Positions 25,801-38,689 of a DNA stretch of 64,000 nucleotides are shown here, piece by piece. Below the pieces are notes generated by a model. It was not told where the DNA came from and searched no databases. It saw nothing but the letters and a program-made list of their open reading frames with translations. The position numbers were made by a program, and so were the translations under genes. Position 1 is the stretch's first letter, and every line of letters starts with the position of its first letter. This stretch comes from Lama guanicoe (Eukaryota). The stretch covers positions 1,908,507 to 1,972,506 of the forward strand of contig MU053376.1 in assembly GCA_013239625.1 (NCBI GenBank). The letters are read 5' to 3'.

Positions 25801-28800
25801 TGATGGACAGACTAGGAGCAGGAAAGTCATGTCTTGAATCCAGAAGGTCTGCAAACATGAGAGAAGCAGGCTGGAAACAAGAATCTTGCTCCCTTTATCC
25901 CTAGTGTCCAGAACAGTGCAGGCACATAGTAGATGTTCAATCAGTATTCGTCGAATGAAGGAATGAAATAAGACGACTTTATAGATCAGGGACTCAAAGA
26001 AGGAGGTTGCTGTCAGAAATCTAGGTAAGAAATCTAGACAGAAGATATTCAGATCTCAGGTAGACACTCCCCTGCCCCCCACCAGCCACATCTCTTCTCA
26101 CAGGACCCAAAGAATTGAGAGTGAACCTCTAACCTCCTCTCCCTGCCATGAACACGGGGTGAGGGTGAGGGTGGTTGAAGAGAAAGCAGTCTCCCACTTG
26201 ATGTCAATTGATGGACAGATTTCCATTTAGCATCTACAATGGCTCAGATTTGGGACCCACTCCCAGTTCTCTGACCAAACTCTGAGGAACCTTGGTCCTA
26301 CAATAAATGGTTATTAAGATGTCAGATGCGTGCTAGTCCATTTCTCAACTTCAAAGCAGATACGTAAGCTCCCAGTCCTTGGATATGTCATTATCCCAAG
26401 GGTGTGGCTGGGCTCCTTGGAACTAATCCAGAGCCACAAGAATTCCATTTCCATAAGCTCTTCCCCCAAACCTGATTATAGGGGGCAGTGTAGACTATTT
26501 TGAGTGAGATGGGTACACCACTGCTGGAATCCTTTCTAATCATCTGTCTAGGCTACTGAAGACAATTTGTGGTATTAACTTATCCCTGAAAATTTGGAAG
26601 TTCATTTCTCCGTACATAGAACATACATTTTTGCCTTTGGCCCTTTTCTCTTTCTGTCTGTGAGCTCTCCTACTGTAATCTCATTGCTGACAAAGCTGAA
26701 GCTGGAGCAGTGATAAGCCCAGAGAAGTGTGCCTGCCCGCTCCCTGCCTGCCCACTCCTCTATCTTTGAAAGACGCCTCCAGGGTGACACTGTACTTACT
26801 ACTGGGTCACACAACCAGCAGCCACCATTATAGGCAGAATCTTTTTCAAGTCACTTTCCACTTTGGTGGGTTTTTTTCCTCCCCTCCTTCTTTTAACACC
26901 TTCCCCAGCAAATCCTATCCATCCTCTGGCTTATCTGGGTCAGCAAGGGTCTGATTTTATGCATGGCGCTGTCAAGCCATAAATCCGCTGCGGCTTTTCC
27001 TCNNNNNNNNNNNNNNNNNNNNNNNNNNNNNNNNNNNNNNNNNNNNNNNNNNNNNNNNNNNNNNNNNNNNNNNNNNNNNNNNNNNNNNNNNNNNNNNNNN
27101 NNNNNNNNNNNNNNNNNNNNNNNNNNNNNNNNNNNNNNCAGGCAGGAGTTTAGGTTTAAAACTCCAGCCTCCTTCTTGTCATTAGTTCCCTGTCCCGCTA
27201 TCACTAAATGATCCCTTTTATTATGCATGTACTTTTTTTTTAATCCTCCTTAGAGTTGGGCACTCAGTAATCCCCATTGAATGATATGTTTATTTCACTC
27301 ATTTGGGGTTTTGTCTATCATCACATACATGTCTATTTTTAAAAGTGAGAAACCACATTCTTCTTAGATGTATTGATATCTGCTGCCTTTATATACAGAC
27401 TGGCAGTTTTGATAGGAATGCTGAGAAAGCGGGGGCTCAGTGGAAGTTGCCGAGGCTGCCTTCCTGTCTAGTTCAGCACTGTTCCCTGTGTGGGATGCAG
27501 GACTGATCCTTCCACCTTATGCCTTAGGGGAAGGACAGTGACAGATTAAATTCTGCTCTCCCGTTGGTATCTCCCTCACGTCTTCCCAGAGACTTACAGC
27601 TGCTTGGTTAATTGCCTGTTGCTGCTGTCTGATCCCCACCATTATTTGCCGAGGGCTGTGCATTTGCAGCAGGCTGTGCTCTTGGCCCTGGCCCAGGGCT
27701 GGGTGAGGAGCATGTTGGAAATTGATGAAAGCTGAATCCTACTTTGTTTGGAAATAAAAATAATATTTCTTCACATTTGTGTAGTGCTTTGCTGTTGATA
27801 TAATTCTTTTGCATCCAGCATCTCAGTTGAGCCACACTAGAGCCCCGTGAAGATGGCAAGTCAGACACTGTTGGTCCAAAAGGAAACGTACCTCAGTAAA
27901 GCAATGCAGAAGCTCAAGCCAGGCTTGCATCAGGTGGCCCATTTGCAGAGCTATGAATATAGCAATTATTAATTAAATGGTGCTTTAGGCCAGGAGAGCT
28001 TCCTTTTACAATCATGCTTTGAAGATCTTTAGGGAGCTCAATGTACTACAGGGCATATGTCCATTTTATAGGTAAGAAAACTGAAACCGAGCAGAGGGGG
28101 TATGGGCAAAAAGAAGTGTAATGTAGAGACCAGCTTGGACCTTTATGGAGTTTGCTCTTCGCCTTAGGTATTTTACAGAAATCCCTTTAAGGATTTGTCG
28201 CTAAGTTTCTTGAACATCCATAAATAGTCTAAGTTGAAGGAGGAAAACTGGGCTAACAGGCTAATGTATTTGAAGTTAATGATTCAGCTGTGCGGGTTTA
28301 GCTCTTTGAGTGCATTTATAATGATAATCTCTCCTGTGGATGCACAGCCAGCTCGCAACTTCCCCAGCCGCCTCCTTTTTTTTTTTTCCCCTCCTTTGAC
28401 TCCAGAGTCATTATTATGTTTTCTTGATCTTCCTCCTGAAAAAAAATTTTTTAAGTAAGAAAAATACTTCTGGATATTTTGTCTGCTTTTTAGGGATTAG
28501 TGTTTGAGGAGGTTTGCAGCTGTTCAGCACATTCCTAAGGGATGGAGAGCCTTTTCTTTAAATGCCCAAGTATTACACAACCTAAGACTCTGGGGGCGGG
28601 GAAAGTAAAGAAACTGTACAAACAAATGATAGATGGAAAAGATATAAAGACAAATTTCAATCTCCGGACCAAACGAAGCTCCCTTGGCTCTAGCAGCCCC
28701 CAAATAAAATAAGGCTGCAAAGCCGTGGAAGCAGGAAACCATTCTCGCAGAACCTTAATGTGCTCCCTATGAAATCACGTCTCGTTGACTTGCTCATTTT

Positions 28801-29104
28801 CCAGCCTGCGGTGTGTTTCGCCTTTGTTCGTGTTGGCTGGGAAAATTGTCTCTACGGTGTATTTGTGTTCCCCTCCTACCCCATGCCCTACACCCCTCCT
28901 TCCCCACCACTGTCCCAAAATAAATAAATGAATTAATTAAAACACCTCAGTTGAAAGGAGAAGTCAGCCTGAGACAGCATACAAACTCAAAGAGCCAAAA
29001 ATATTGTATGAAAAGCTACAGTATAGTAATAGTAAAAGAGAGTGTGTGCCCCAGGAGAAACAGGCAACAGAGTCTAATGCTATTTTTTTACGGCCACAGG
29101 CTCC

Positions 29105-29478
29105 TTTTTTTTTTTTTAATTCTTATTTTTTTTATTGAAGTATTAGTTTCAGGTGTACAGCCAAGCGATTCAGCTATACATATACATACATACATATTTT
29201 TTCAGTTTCTTTTCCATAACAGCTCATTACAAGGAATTGAATATAGTTCCCTGTGCTATATACAGTAGGTCCTTGTTGTTTATCTGTTTTATATATAGTA
29301 ATGTGTATCTGTTAATCCCAAACTCCTAATTTACCCCTCCTCTTCCCCTTTCCCTCCTGGTAATCAGTTTGTTTTCTATGTCCGTGAGTCTATTTCTGGT
29401 CTGTAAATAAAATTTGTATCTTTATTATTTTTTAGATTCCACATATAAGTGACTTCATATGATATTTGTCTTTCTCTG
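29105..29478 (-). mobile_element. L1 3' UTR fragment with TSD
   Basis: Same family as 3418-4250. Flanked by cacaggctcctttttt / catagactcctttttt. Confidence 0.85.
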
Positions 29479-29755
29479 CATAGACTCCTTTTTTAAAGTA
29501 AAAGTCTTATATAGAACCCCAACATATGCAACAGATCAAAGCAGTCTTTTATTGGTGTAAATCTAGTTTTAAAGTGCAAATTTATGAAGAATGCTTATTA
29601 CAGAGCTGATAAGAGAGAATGATAAAGCTGGGTTTCTGAATCCAAAATACTGTGGACCCAGATTGTGAATCAGTTGGAGTTTTGTATCAGTTTCAGCATC
29701 CATGTTATTTCAGGTTCTGGCTTGGGTTGCTCAATACCAAGAAAATCTTGATTCA

Positions 29756-29912
29756 GAGGGGAGGGTATTGTTCAGTGGTAGAGTATGTGCTTAGTGTGCA
29801 CAAGGTCCTGGGTTCAATCCCCAGTACCTCTCTATTAAACAAACAAACAAACAAACAAATAAACCTGATTACCCCCCCAAAATTGATTAAAAAATAAATT
29901 AAATTTTAAAAA
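29756..29912 (+). mobile_element. vic-1-type SINE
   Basis: tRNA-like head with B box ggttcaatcc and an (aaac)n tail. 17-bp TSD aagaaaatcttgattca (29739-29755) / aagaaaatctcgatcca (29913-29929). Confidence 0.9.
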
Positions 29913-31904
29913 AAGAAAATCTCGATCCACACAGACGAGTTGTCATAATCTCAAGGTAGTTTTAAATTAATTTAGATGCTTGAAAAAGAAGGACGGTTTT
30001 GTTTTAAAGTTGAATCAGTAACATTAACTAGCAGCTGTTCCCATTTTTCGTCACAAGTATTAATTGGATAAATGGACGTGTATAGTAAGCTTTACAGCAC
30101 CGGACAATGAAATGAGATGATACTGAGCGTATACATTCTCACTACCCAACTATGGCTTACCATGAACCTAAAATAGGCCCCTGAGCTTTCTGTGGCATGT
30201 CATTGAACTTGGCAGCTATGTGTCAAACCCTGTGCTCACCTGAACAGCTTTACCCAAAGAGGCACACAAGTTGAATTAAAGACTAAACCTGTGCAGAGCA
30301 ACATTCATTTTAACAAATAACACATTTTTCAGCTTTTTGGATACAGACTTTCACTCTTTATTCCAAAGCTTGCATATAATGAAGCTCACCTAGCAGCCCG
30401 TGAGACACTGTTGGTGTCTGTTGCAGGGAAACTGGGTCCTGGGTCCCTTACGTGTTTAAGTGGGTGTTGCTCATTTGAATGGGTGTGTTATAGTCGTTTG
30501 AAACTGAAAAGTGAATCTCTGTAATTCCAGAGTTTCTCAGAACATACTTTAAAAGCTCCTTTTCATTGAATCCAATAATAGCTGGCCCACCACAAGCTGT
30601 AAGAATGGAAATAAATACACGTGGTAAAAGTACTTGTGGCACCTTAGAAGTTCTTAATAAATACAGATTTATTAGTGTTGAATCATAGGCATTTTAAAAG
30701 ATTCCCACTTCTGCCCATCCTTTTTATTAACTCATCTTTGTTTACTCAAGGGTTTCTTTAGGATTATGCTTTGTATCCTTTTCCGTGGTGTTGGATTGGT
30801 TTTGCCTCTCCTGCCTTCACTTGTGCTCTGTGGTCTGCGTGGGTGAGCAGGCTGACCCTTTGTTCGTACCTCTGATGTTCTGTTCTGTTATATATAGGTC
30901 TTTCCTCGTCTCCCATGCTTTTCTGTGACATCAGCATTTTTATAACCACTAAAGCCCCTACTGTTATACTTTGTTAATTTAAGATACACATTTATACATT
31001 TGTAAAATTGAACTGTACTGTCATTTTCATGTGTGTAAAGTTCTGTAGGGGAAGAACCAATAGACACCACCCCCTACCATGTTCACCCACAAGAAATAGA
31101 CTGAAACCAGTTGTAAAGTTAAGGTCTCGCGAGGTCTGCCCTTTTAAAAAGCCAGTGGAATTACCTGGTACACCTGTGCTTATTGAAGACATGGATGTCT
31201 TGCCACCCAATAAAACTTAAATTAGATTATTTAGGATTTTATAACTGAAGCTGATTTGGGATCAGCTTGAAAGTTTTCTGGCAACGGAAACATTAAATGT
31301 TGCTGAATGTGCTCACATCTCTCACCATTTTGAGTTTAGGGTTGTTTCCTATTTACCTTTTTTTCTTTAGATGCTAGAAATTTTGAAATAAGTAGATTTA
31401 ATTATATGTATCTCTCTCAACTAGTATATATATTTTTTTCAATTTTCATAGAAATATTTTCATTTGCCTAGAAAGGCAAGTGGACACGATGTTACACAGT
31501 GGTCAGCACGTGCATGTTAGGGATTTTGACCACAGAAGTGTAGTGCCTGCGGCAAGGGGTGGGGCCAGGTATAGAGCAGTTCGAATTTGGACTCTGATGT
31601 TCATTGTTTTAAAGCAGCCTCTTGGTGCTGGTTAAACAGATATTTTGATTTAATGGTCTGTTCAGAAGCCAGAGTAGGTGTGGCGTGATTAGTTGTTAAT
31701 AGTTACCTTACAACTGAATTGAAGGAGCCCTTCTAAGTTGAATTTCATGCTCTACAAGTCACAGGTGCCTGGCAGCCTCCAGCCCTGAGTGGAGGCAGTA
31801 CGGACTCCATAACTGAGCCACCCTCAGCTTACTTTCTTCGCACTAAGAGTCTGACTGTAGGGAGGGAGGAAGGAAGCGGGGAACAAAGAAGTTATGATAC
31901 TTTG

Positions 31905-32140
31905 CAGTGATTAAGAGCATCCTGTTTGCAATTACGGGGCTCGTTTTTGAATTCCAGCATTACCACTTTTTAGCTATGTGACCTTGAACAAGATACTTAA
32001 CCTTTCTTAGTCCAACTTTCCTCATCTGCTGAATGTACTTGATAAACCCCCACTTCATCAGGTTTTGTAGGGTTCAAGTTAAACAGTGTGAGCATAGGGC
32101 CCAGCCTTTGTGCCAAGTACACAGTAAGCCCTTGATAAAT
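31905..32140 (+). mobile_element. MIR SINE
   Basis: gtgattaagagcat...tagctatgtgaccttgaacaagatacttaacct...tcctcatctg. Confidence 0.75.
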
Positions 32141-32574
32141 AACCCCTGCCCTCTGTTTCTCTCCTCAAAGAAATCCAGCTTGTGGATGCAGAACTTTCTG
32201 TTGCTTAAATTAGTGCTGTGAGCTGAGAAGATAATCAGGAATTCTTTCGAATCACAGTGTTTTCCTTAGAAATGAGCATCGAGGTTTGATGCTTTACTGC
32301 TCCGCTCAGGCTAAACGTGTCATAGGAATACATGTGTTTAGATATGGTTTTTGCTCTTGGTTGCTTACAACAGTAGAAAATGGCTCAATCAATGACCTCA
32401 AACCTCCTTAGATGCGTTCTGTGGGACTAAAGAATTTTTAGTGACTTTTACATGGCAAACGCCTCCACTGTTGTCTTCATTCAGTCCTTCAATAGAGAAT
32501 GTGTGGGGATTTAGTCTATAGCGTAGATTTTGTCTGGAGACTTCACTTTTGCCTCTAGCCCTAGATGCAAACCA

Positions 32575-32850
32575 AGTGACTTAGTGGTTGGGGCTATGGA
32601 CTTTGGTCAGACCTCCTAGAATTGTTCTAGTCAGCACAGAACTGTGATTCTGGTCCGTGACTCCCTCTTACTGTCTCTGTGACTCCTTACTGGCTATGGA
32701 CAAGTGACAACCTCTCTTGAGTTGGTTTTTTTTAATCGGTAAAATGAGGTTAATAGTAGTTCTTTTCTGGCAACGAAATGATGGCGCGTAGATGGGATAA
32801 TGTGTATAAAGCTTTCACCAAGTTTCTACAACATAGTAGAAGCTCAACAG
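32575..32850 (+). mobile_element. MIR SINE
   Basis: tagtggttggggctatggactttgg...ggacaagtgacaacctctcttgag...gtaaaatgaggttaatagtag. Confidence 0.6.
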
Positions 32851-33100
32851 ATAATCTTGCTTCTGTTCCTCTTTCCCTCTTCCTTCCTCCTCTCTCTCCT
32901 TCTCATTGCTCTTATTTTCTTCTTTTTTTCTCCACTGATTTTTAGAAAAAAGAGAAAACTAGAGGTGCAGCTTCAGGAAAGATATCTTTATTTCTGGTTT
33001 GGCTCCAGTCGCTGGGATGTGGGGTCATGGACTGTAGTCATGGATGTCGGCCCTGCCTGCTCACCAGCACCGATTTTTTTTTCTNNNNNNNNNNNNNNNN

Positions 33101-33263
33101 NNNNNNNNNNNNNNNNNNNNNNNNNNNNNNNNNNNNNNNNNNNNNNNNNNNNNNNNNNNNNNNNNNNNNNNNNNNNNNNNNNNNNNNNNNNNNNNNNNNN
33201 NNNNNNNNNNNNNNNNNNNNATTTGTCCAAGTCAGCGAGGACTCAGGAAGACTCTTTAAAAAG
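33101..33263 (+). CDS. SRGAP2: SRGAP2 third coding exon (F-BAR); only 33221-33263 visible, start inferred
   Basis: 33222-33263 reads FVQVSEDSGRLFKK, followed by donor AAG|GTAAAT, matching SRGAP2 ...IIPRFVQVSEDSGRLFKK. A T-rich tract precedes the N-run at 33074-33084. Start 33101 assumes the 163-nt exon length implied by the protein sequence and exon phases. Confidence 0.88.
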
Positions 33264-33272
33264 GTAAATAAT

Positions 33273-33452
33273 GGGTGGAGGGTAGANNNNNNNNNNNNNN
33301 NNNNNNNNNNNNNNNNNNNNNNNNNNNNNNNNNNNNNNNNNNNNNNNNNNNNNNNNNNNNNNNNNNNNNNNNNNNNNNNNNNNNNNNNNNNNNNNNNNNN
33401 NNNNNNNNNNNNNNNNNNNNNNNNNNNNNNNNNNATAAATAAATTAAAAATG
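33273..33452 (+). mobile_element. Probable vic-1-type SINE immediately 3' of the SRGAP2 exon donor (body hidden by Ns)
   Basis: Head gggtggagggtaga resembles the ggggagggtata start of the other copies. A-rich tail ataaataaattaaaaa, size about 180 nt, TSD aaaaaggtaaata/aaaaagtaaata. Confidence 0.7.
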
Positions 33453-34789
33453 AAAAAGTAAATAGCTAGTTATGGTCACAGACACAATCTTGTAAATAAC
33501 TGAAAGAACATCTTATTGACCCACTTAGAAGGCTTTCCATTGGTCATGCTCCATCACATACTTACAGAAAAGAATATTGAATTGGCTTTTTGTTTTCCCT
33601 TTTGAGCTGAATTTACAGTAGTCCTGGGAAAGTAACCATTTGCAAGGTACAACCCCCAGATTTACAGCATAATCCATAATCTGTGTATATTAATAATGTC
33701 TGTACTTGCTTGATTTCCTTAAGTAATTTGTGAAGCTGTGATTCCAGGACCTCAGTGTCATTTCATGATTTCCTCTTCTAGTTCATTTAGCAAATTCACA
33801 TATGTTTATGTTTTTGGTTTAGTTCTCTTTCTAAGTTCTCATCTTGGCCAAGGTGAACTCATGGACTTGGTTATTCTTATCGTGACATAGCTTCGTCTTT
33901 GGGTCCCTGAATGCTTTCTGAAGCTCATTGTTTGTCACTATACCTTGGGTGTATGTTGAAAAATTTGACCAAGGAAAAACTCAGAATTGATTGTGATAAT
34001 CTTAAGAAATAAATGCCAAATTCACCTCACCTGTCAGTAGTGGAAGCCGCCTCTTGGAAACTCAAGAGGCTCTTTTCTAAGCTCTTTCAACCTGAGCTTT
34101 TAATAGAGTCATTTATTCATGAGTTTTGGTTACAGATGGTGGCAAAAGCCCCAACCATTGTACATAATATACCTACTGTGTCTCCCGTTGAAGCTCTGAC
34201 ATCCCCAGAAGACTTTTTAGAAGGCAAATAATCTTCCCACAGGTTATAGGTAAAAAGAGAATATATAGGGCTGTTTCATTGGTTTCATATATAGGGAATT
34301 CATTGGTTTCCAGTTAACAATACCCAGTGTTAAAATTTGAGGCTGGGAGGGAGTAGACTTAAATAAATAGGACTGTGGTCGATAGTAGCTCTAGCTCTCG
34401 GTCAGTTTTCCATTCTTCACGTGAGGAAATTTTCCAGATCTCAGTAGGTCTGGAATTAGAGCCCAATTTCTTCTGTTTATACCAGCATGAAAAAAGAACT
34501 CATTTAGAATCTTCCATCTACATAATTGCATCTCTGAAGGGGCTTTTTCTGTGTCTCAGAGACAGGATTTAGGGGTACAGTCATCTGAGGATGAAAAGAG
34601 AGAAGAGAAAGATAACTCCGTGAAGAGCTTGCTGGCTATTTTTAGTGGCCCGGCTGTGCTGTGGTTGGGGCCAGACTTCATTTTGGGGCAGCGGTACTTT
34701 TCAGTATCTCCTTGTGCTTTCCAGCATCTGCTCTGGCTTGCTTGTCATTAACTTGAATTACTCTGCAGCACTTGGTGATGCGTGTATGT

Positions 34790-35010
34790 GACTAAAATTA
34801 ATGACTATAGTTAATAATACTGTATTGAATACTGGGAATATGCTAAGAGAGTAGATTTCAAGGGCTCTTTTCATACACACAGAAAAGGTAACTGTGTGAA
34901 GAGATGATATGTTAATTACCTTGAAGGTAGCAGTCATTTCGCTGTGAATATGTATATCAAATCATCATTGTACACCTCAAATATATACAATTTTTATTTT
35001 TTAAAAATTT
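34790..35010 (+). mobile_element. L1 (L1MA-like) 3' end fragment
   Basis: gactatagttaataatactgtattg...gctaagagagtagattt...tgtacacctcaaatatatacaatttt. Confidence 0.8.
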
Positions 35011-35879
35011 TAACCTATTTAGGTGGAATCTTGACAGTGATCAGATACCAGTTGTCTATGATCTTGACAGCCACTTAGACTATCTCGAGAAGAAAGGGGG
35101 TTGACTGTTAGTTTCCTCCCCCATTTCCTTTGTTCATCAGAGAAAAAAACTTCTACAAGAGACATTCAGCTATCTAGATTTCACTGATTTCTCTTAATAG
35201 TCTATATTAGTTTAAGTTTTATACAGCTTTGGAAATTTTTTTTCAATATACACATAAGCCAGTGAATCCTTACTTATAAAGCAACCATTTAACACATTAT
35301 GGTACAAAGATATTTAAAAACTGACTCATGTTATTTTATGACCAAATCAATTTCAGTAGCAACAAATTTTCTTAGACATATTTAATCATGTAACTTCTGG
35401 AAGATGGGTTAGATGATGAAAAAATGGGCGACCATGAACATACCCTTTAACTTCACTTCCAAACTAGTGCTTCATTTCTGTAGATAATGTCTTTGATGTC
35501 CTCTTTTGATAAGTACATGGGTAACTGTCCAGATAGATGCACTGCTTCTCCCTCTAAATAACTTATCACTTTGTGAGGTCTAAAGCTGGGAGATTAGAGA
35601 AAGTTAGGGAAGACCCAAGCTGAGAGAGAGTCTTAGAACCCCTCCAGATCTCAGAGATGTTTATGCTAAAGGCAGCCAGTTATCAAAGCCACAAGTTGTT
35701 TCTGGTTCCTCAAATGCCATTCACATTTCAGCAAAGTGCATGGCATGTGTACAAGACGTGGCGGGTTTCCCCATCCACCCATGAATGATATTCCTACCCA
35801 TGGTCCCAGGGTTGACCTCCTTAAGCCATGCATTTCTATGCTGAGGGTGTAGGAAAGAATTTCTAATTACTCACAGAAC

Positions 35880-36230
35880 TGTTTATATATTACATTTCAT
35901 TGAAGAAAAGTGCATATATCATAGGATTACAGCGAAATGCATTTTTATAAACTGAACACACCTGGTAACCAGGTCCCAGATCAAGAAAACAGATTATTTG
36001 AGTACCTTAGAAATCTCCTCATGCTCCCTTCTAGTCACTGGGGGGTTGGGAGGGATGGTCCCAAGCCCCAAGGATAACACCGGTCCTGACATTTCACAGC
36101 AGAGATTAGTTTTGCTTGGTTTTATACTTTATATAAATAGAACCATCCAGTGTGTACTCTTTTGTGTCTGGTTTCTCTCATTCAACACTCTGTCTGTGAG
36201 ATTGATTCATATTGTTGTATACAGTTTCAC
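35880..36230 (-). mobile_element. Old L1 (L1ME-like) 3' fragment
   Basis: aaactgaacacacctggtaaccag...cagatcaagaaa...tttatataaatagaaccatccagtgtgtactcttttgtgtctgg. Confidence 0.7.
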
Positions 36231-37299
36231 ATCATAGGACTTTCTCTTGATCTTTGTAACTTTTCATCAGTTAAATTATAGTCGATTAGAGATTTCCATG
36301 GGATTGTTGAATAGCCAAGGTTTACTATCCCACTGGGTGAATAACCTTTTTCTCTCTCCTGGGGTCCAATGTAGGCAGAGAATTCAAAGGTAGAAGCTGG
36401 CTTGGCGGATCGTAAGAATAGATTAATTCTGTTGGCTGGGTGAGAGCCTCTCTGCTTTCTAGTAATGGGCAGAGAAGCATTTTCTCTCCATTCCTCAGAT
36501 ATTTGGTCTCTTTTGTTTAGAATGTGCTGCGCATGAAGAATTAGAATCCCTCTGGTTAAGCTATAGTAATCAGATAAGAAGATAAGAAGAGAAATGTCCC
36601 TGGCCACCCTGTCAGTTACGTCATGCTTCCTGGGGCTTACTTTGTGCTCTGAGAGCAGGGGCCCTTTTTCGAGGGCTCAGCTTTTCCAGTAAGTCTGAAA
36701 CTCTGGACAATTACTTCTCCTTTCTGTGCCTCAATTACCTCAAGTTTCAAGAAAAGTGTTCGGACAATATGATCTCTATGCTGCCTTCGAAATCTAATAG
36801 ACTATAGTCATATGATGACAAAGACGTCCCACACTCAGGGCTTCCTTCTGGTTGTCGGATGACCCTTGTCCAGCTGTGATAGGTAAGCAGCAGTCCCTGA
36901 GATAAGCGCAGACAAAAGTGGGTGTGGGTATGGAGAGGAGGCCAGCTTAAGTAATTGAAAACCACATTTCTTAAAGAATAAAGCATTGTTTCAGACTCTG
37001 TTATCTGTCACAGCCAGCAACCGAGAGACGCCACACTGGAATCCAAATATATGAAACAGATATACCTTTCATTTTACCTGTAAATTTGGTCCCAGTAGGA
37101 AAAGGAAAATCTGCATTTCTCCAGACACACGGCTTCAGAAAAGATGCCTTTATTGTTCTGGTCCAGCTATGAACACCTGTGAAAATTTACCAAGTTTTAT
37201 ATGAATTTGAATCTGACTGGCAAGAGTCACAGATTTTCTTTAAAACAATTTTTTTTAATCTATAAAACTCAATGATTCACTAGCAAAGGTTATGATAAT

Positions 37300-37520
37300 C
37301 AAATCCAAATTTTCTTGAACCTAGTGTGTGTGCCAGGTACAGTGTTAAGCACTTGGTGTACATTATCTTGTTTAATCCTTACACTACTTCTATAAGGTAA
37401 TTACTACTCTTATCCTTATTTTATGAAGGAAGACACTGAGGCTTAGAGAGTTTAAGTGAAAAAGAGATGAGGCTAGTATTTAAATACAGTCGTCAGGTTC
37501 TAGAAGGCAAAGCTTTCCAC
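37300..37520 (-). mobile_element. MIR SINE
   Basis: gtgccaggtacagtgttaagcact...tttaatccttacac...gaagacactgaggcttagagag. Confidence 0.75.
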
Positions 37521-38689
37521 CTGCTTGTTCTGTTAGCCCTCTCTAGGTATTGTATGCAGTGTAGACAGTACCCTGGATTTTCTTATTCTTTTCCCTTGAA
37601 TCCAGATATTTCACTTAGTTACAGAATTAACCTCACTGTTTCTCTTGCACACCACCCTTCAAAGGTAGACGGTGGTGTTAAACATCAACACTGGGTTGTT
37701 TCTCCTACCCGGTGTCTGGGCAAACAGCTGGAAGTCGAGAGTGACAGAGGGCAACATGTTTTTCTCCCCACAGGCAGAATCTCTAGTAAGAGGGAAACAA
37801 AGACTCATTAAATATGAGAATTGACCAAAAAATCTGGCTCACAGCTGACTCGGTTAATTTGGGGTTGTCAGGGTATCTGCACAATTGGCCCCTCTATGCT
37901 ACTGAACCTCCTTAAGGGATGCTCCCTGCTGGCCCTCTGGTTTGTGGTTATGTCTGCCAGAACATATTTTACATGGTGCATGAAGCCATGGTGGACATTC
38001 CTTTAGCTAAATATAACATCCAGAGAAAGTAGCCTCCTGTCCGCAGCTTAGAAACAGGCTCACTTTGTCTAGGACTCCAGGGGAAATGGAGCCCGTTTGG
38101 TGCTTCTGACATCCCCTTTCGTGTAATGAAAGCACAGTCTGTCTAACCCCTGTTGGAACCAAGATTTGGGCAAATATTATTGCTGCCACCTTCATTTGTT
38201 TAATGCGGTGGCTTCAAACACGGGGTCCAAGTACTACCAACTCTGACTCCTAGCTGTGAGAGGCAAGTTCTAAAGAATCCCACCAAGAATAGAAATAATT
38301 TTTCTCAATTCCTCAGTTTTAACTGAAATAAACTTGGGTGTACTTTTTCCCACTGGGGAGAGGACAGTCCTGTTCCCTCTTCCTCCTTTCACTTAGCTGG
38401 GACACACTCACAGCACCTCTGACTTGGCTTTTCAAGTCACTGTTTCTAGCCCTTAACAGCTGCTCACACTTAGGCTTGGAAGCCAGTCAATTCAGACAGT
38501 CCTAAGATGTTGAATTGTATTCTGCTTTTTATAGTATTTCAGGTAACTGTACTCCTGTTTTACCTTTATTACCCCAAGGGTCTGTGGCAAAAAGTCAGGT
38601 TAAACTGAGAAAGCTAGGTCAGATTCCCAATAGTCCGGTAGTTCTCAGCTTTGCCTTTGCAAGAGAGTAACTTGGGAAGTTTTTAAAAA

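Larger units (their letters stand above)
5770..33100 (+). other. SRGAP2: SRGAP2 intron between coding exons 2 and 3 (about 27.3 kb)
   Basis: Starts with GT at 5770. The acceptor is inferred to lie inside the N-run 33085-33220. No intervening SRGAP2 coding sequence was seen. Confidence 0.85.

Noticed and set aside
34049-34085. 8-bp hairpin gcctcttg/caagaggc and adjacent histone stem-loop-like ggctcttttctaagc
   Set aside because: A short stem is expected by chance, the histone stem-loop match is imperfect, and no histone ORF lies upstream.
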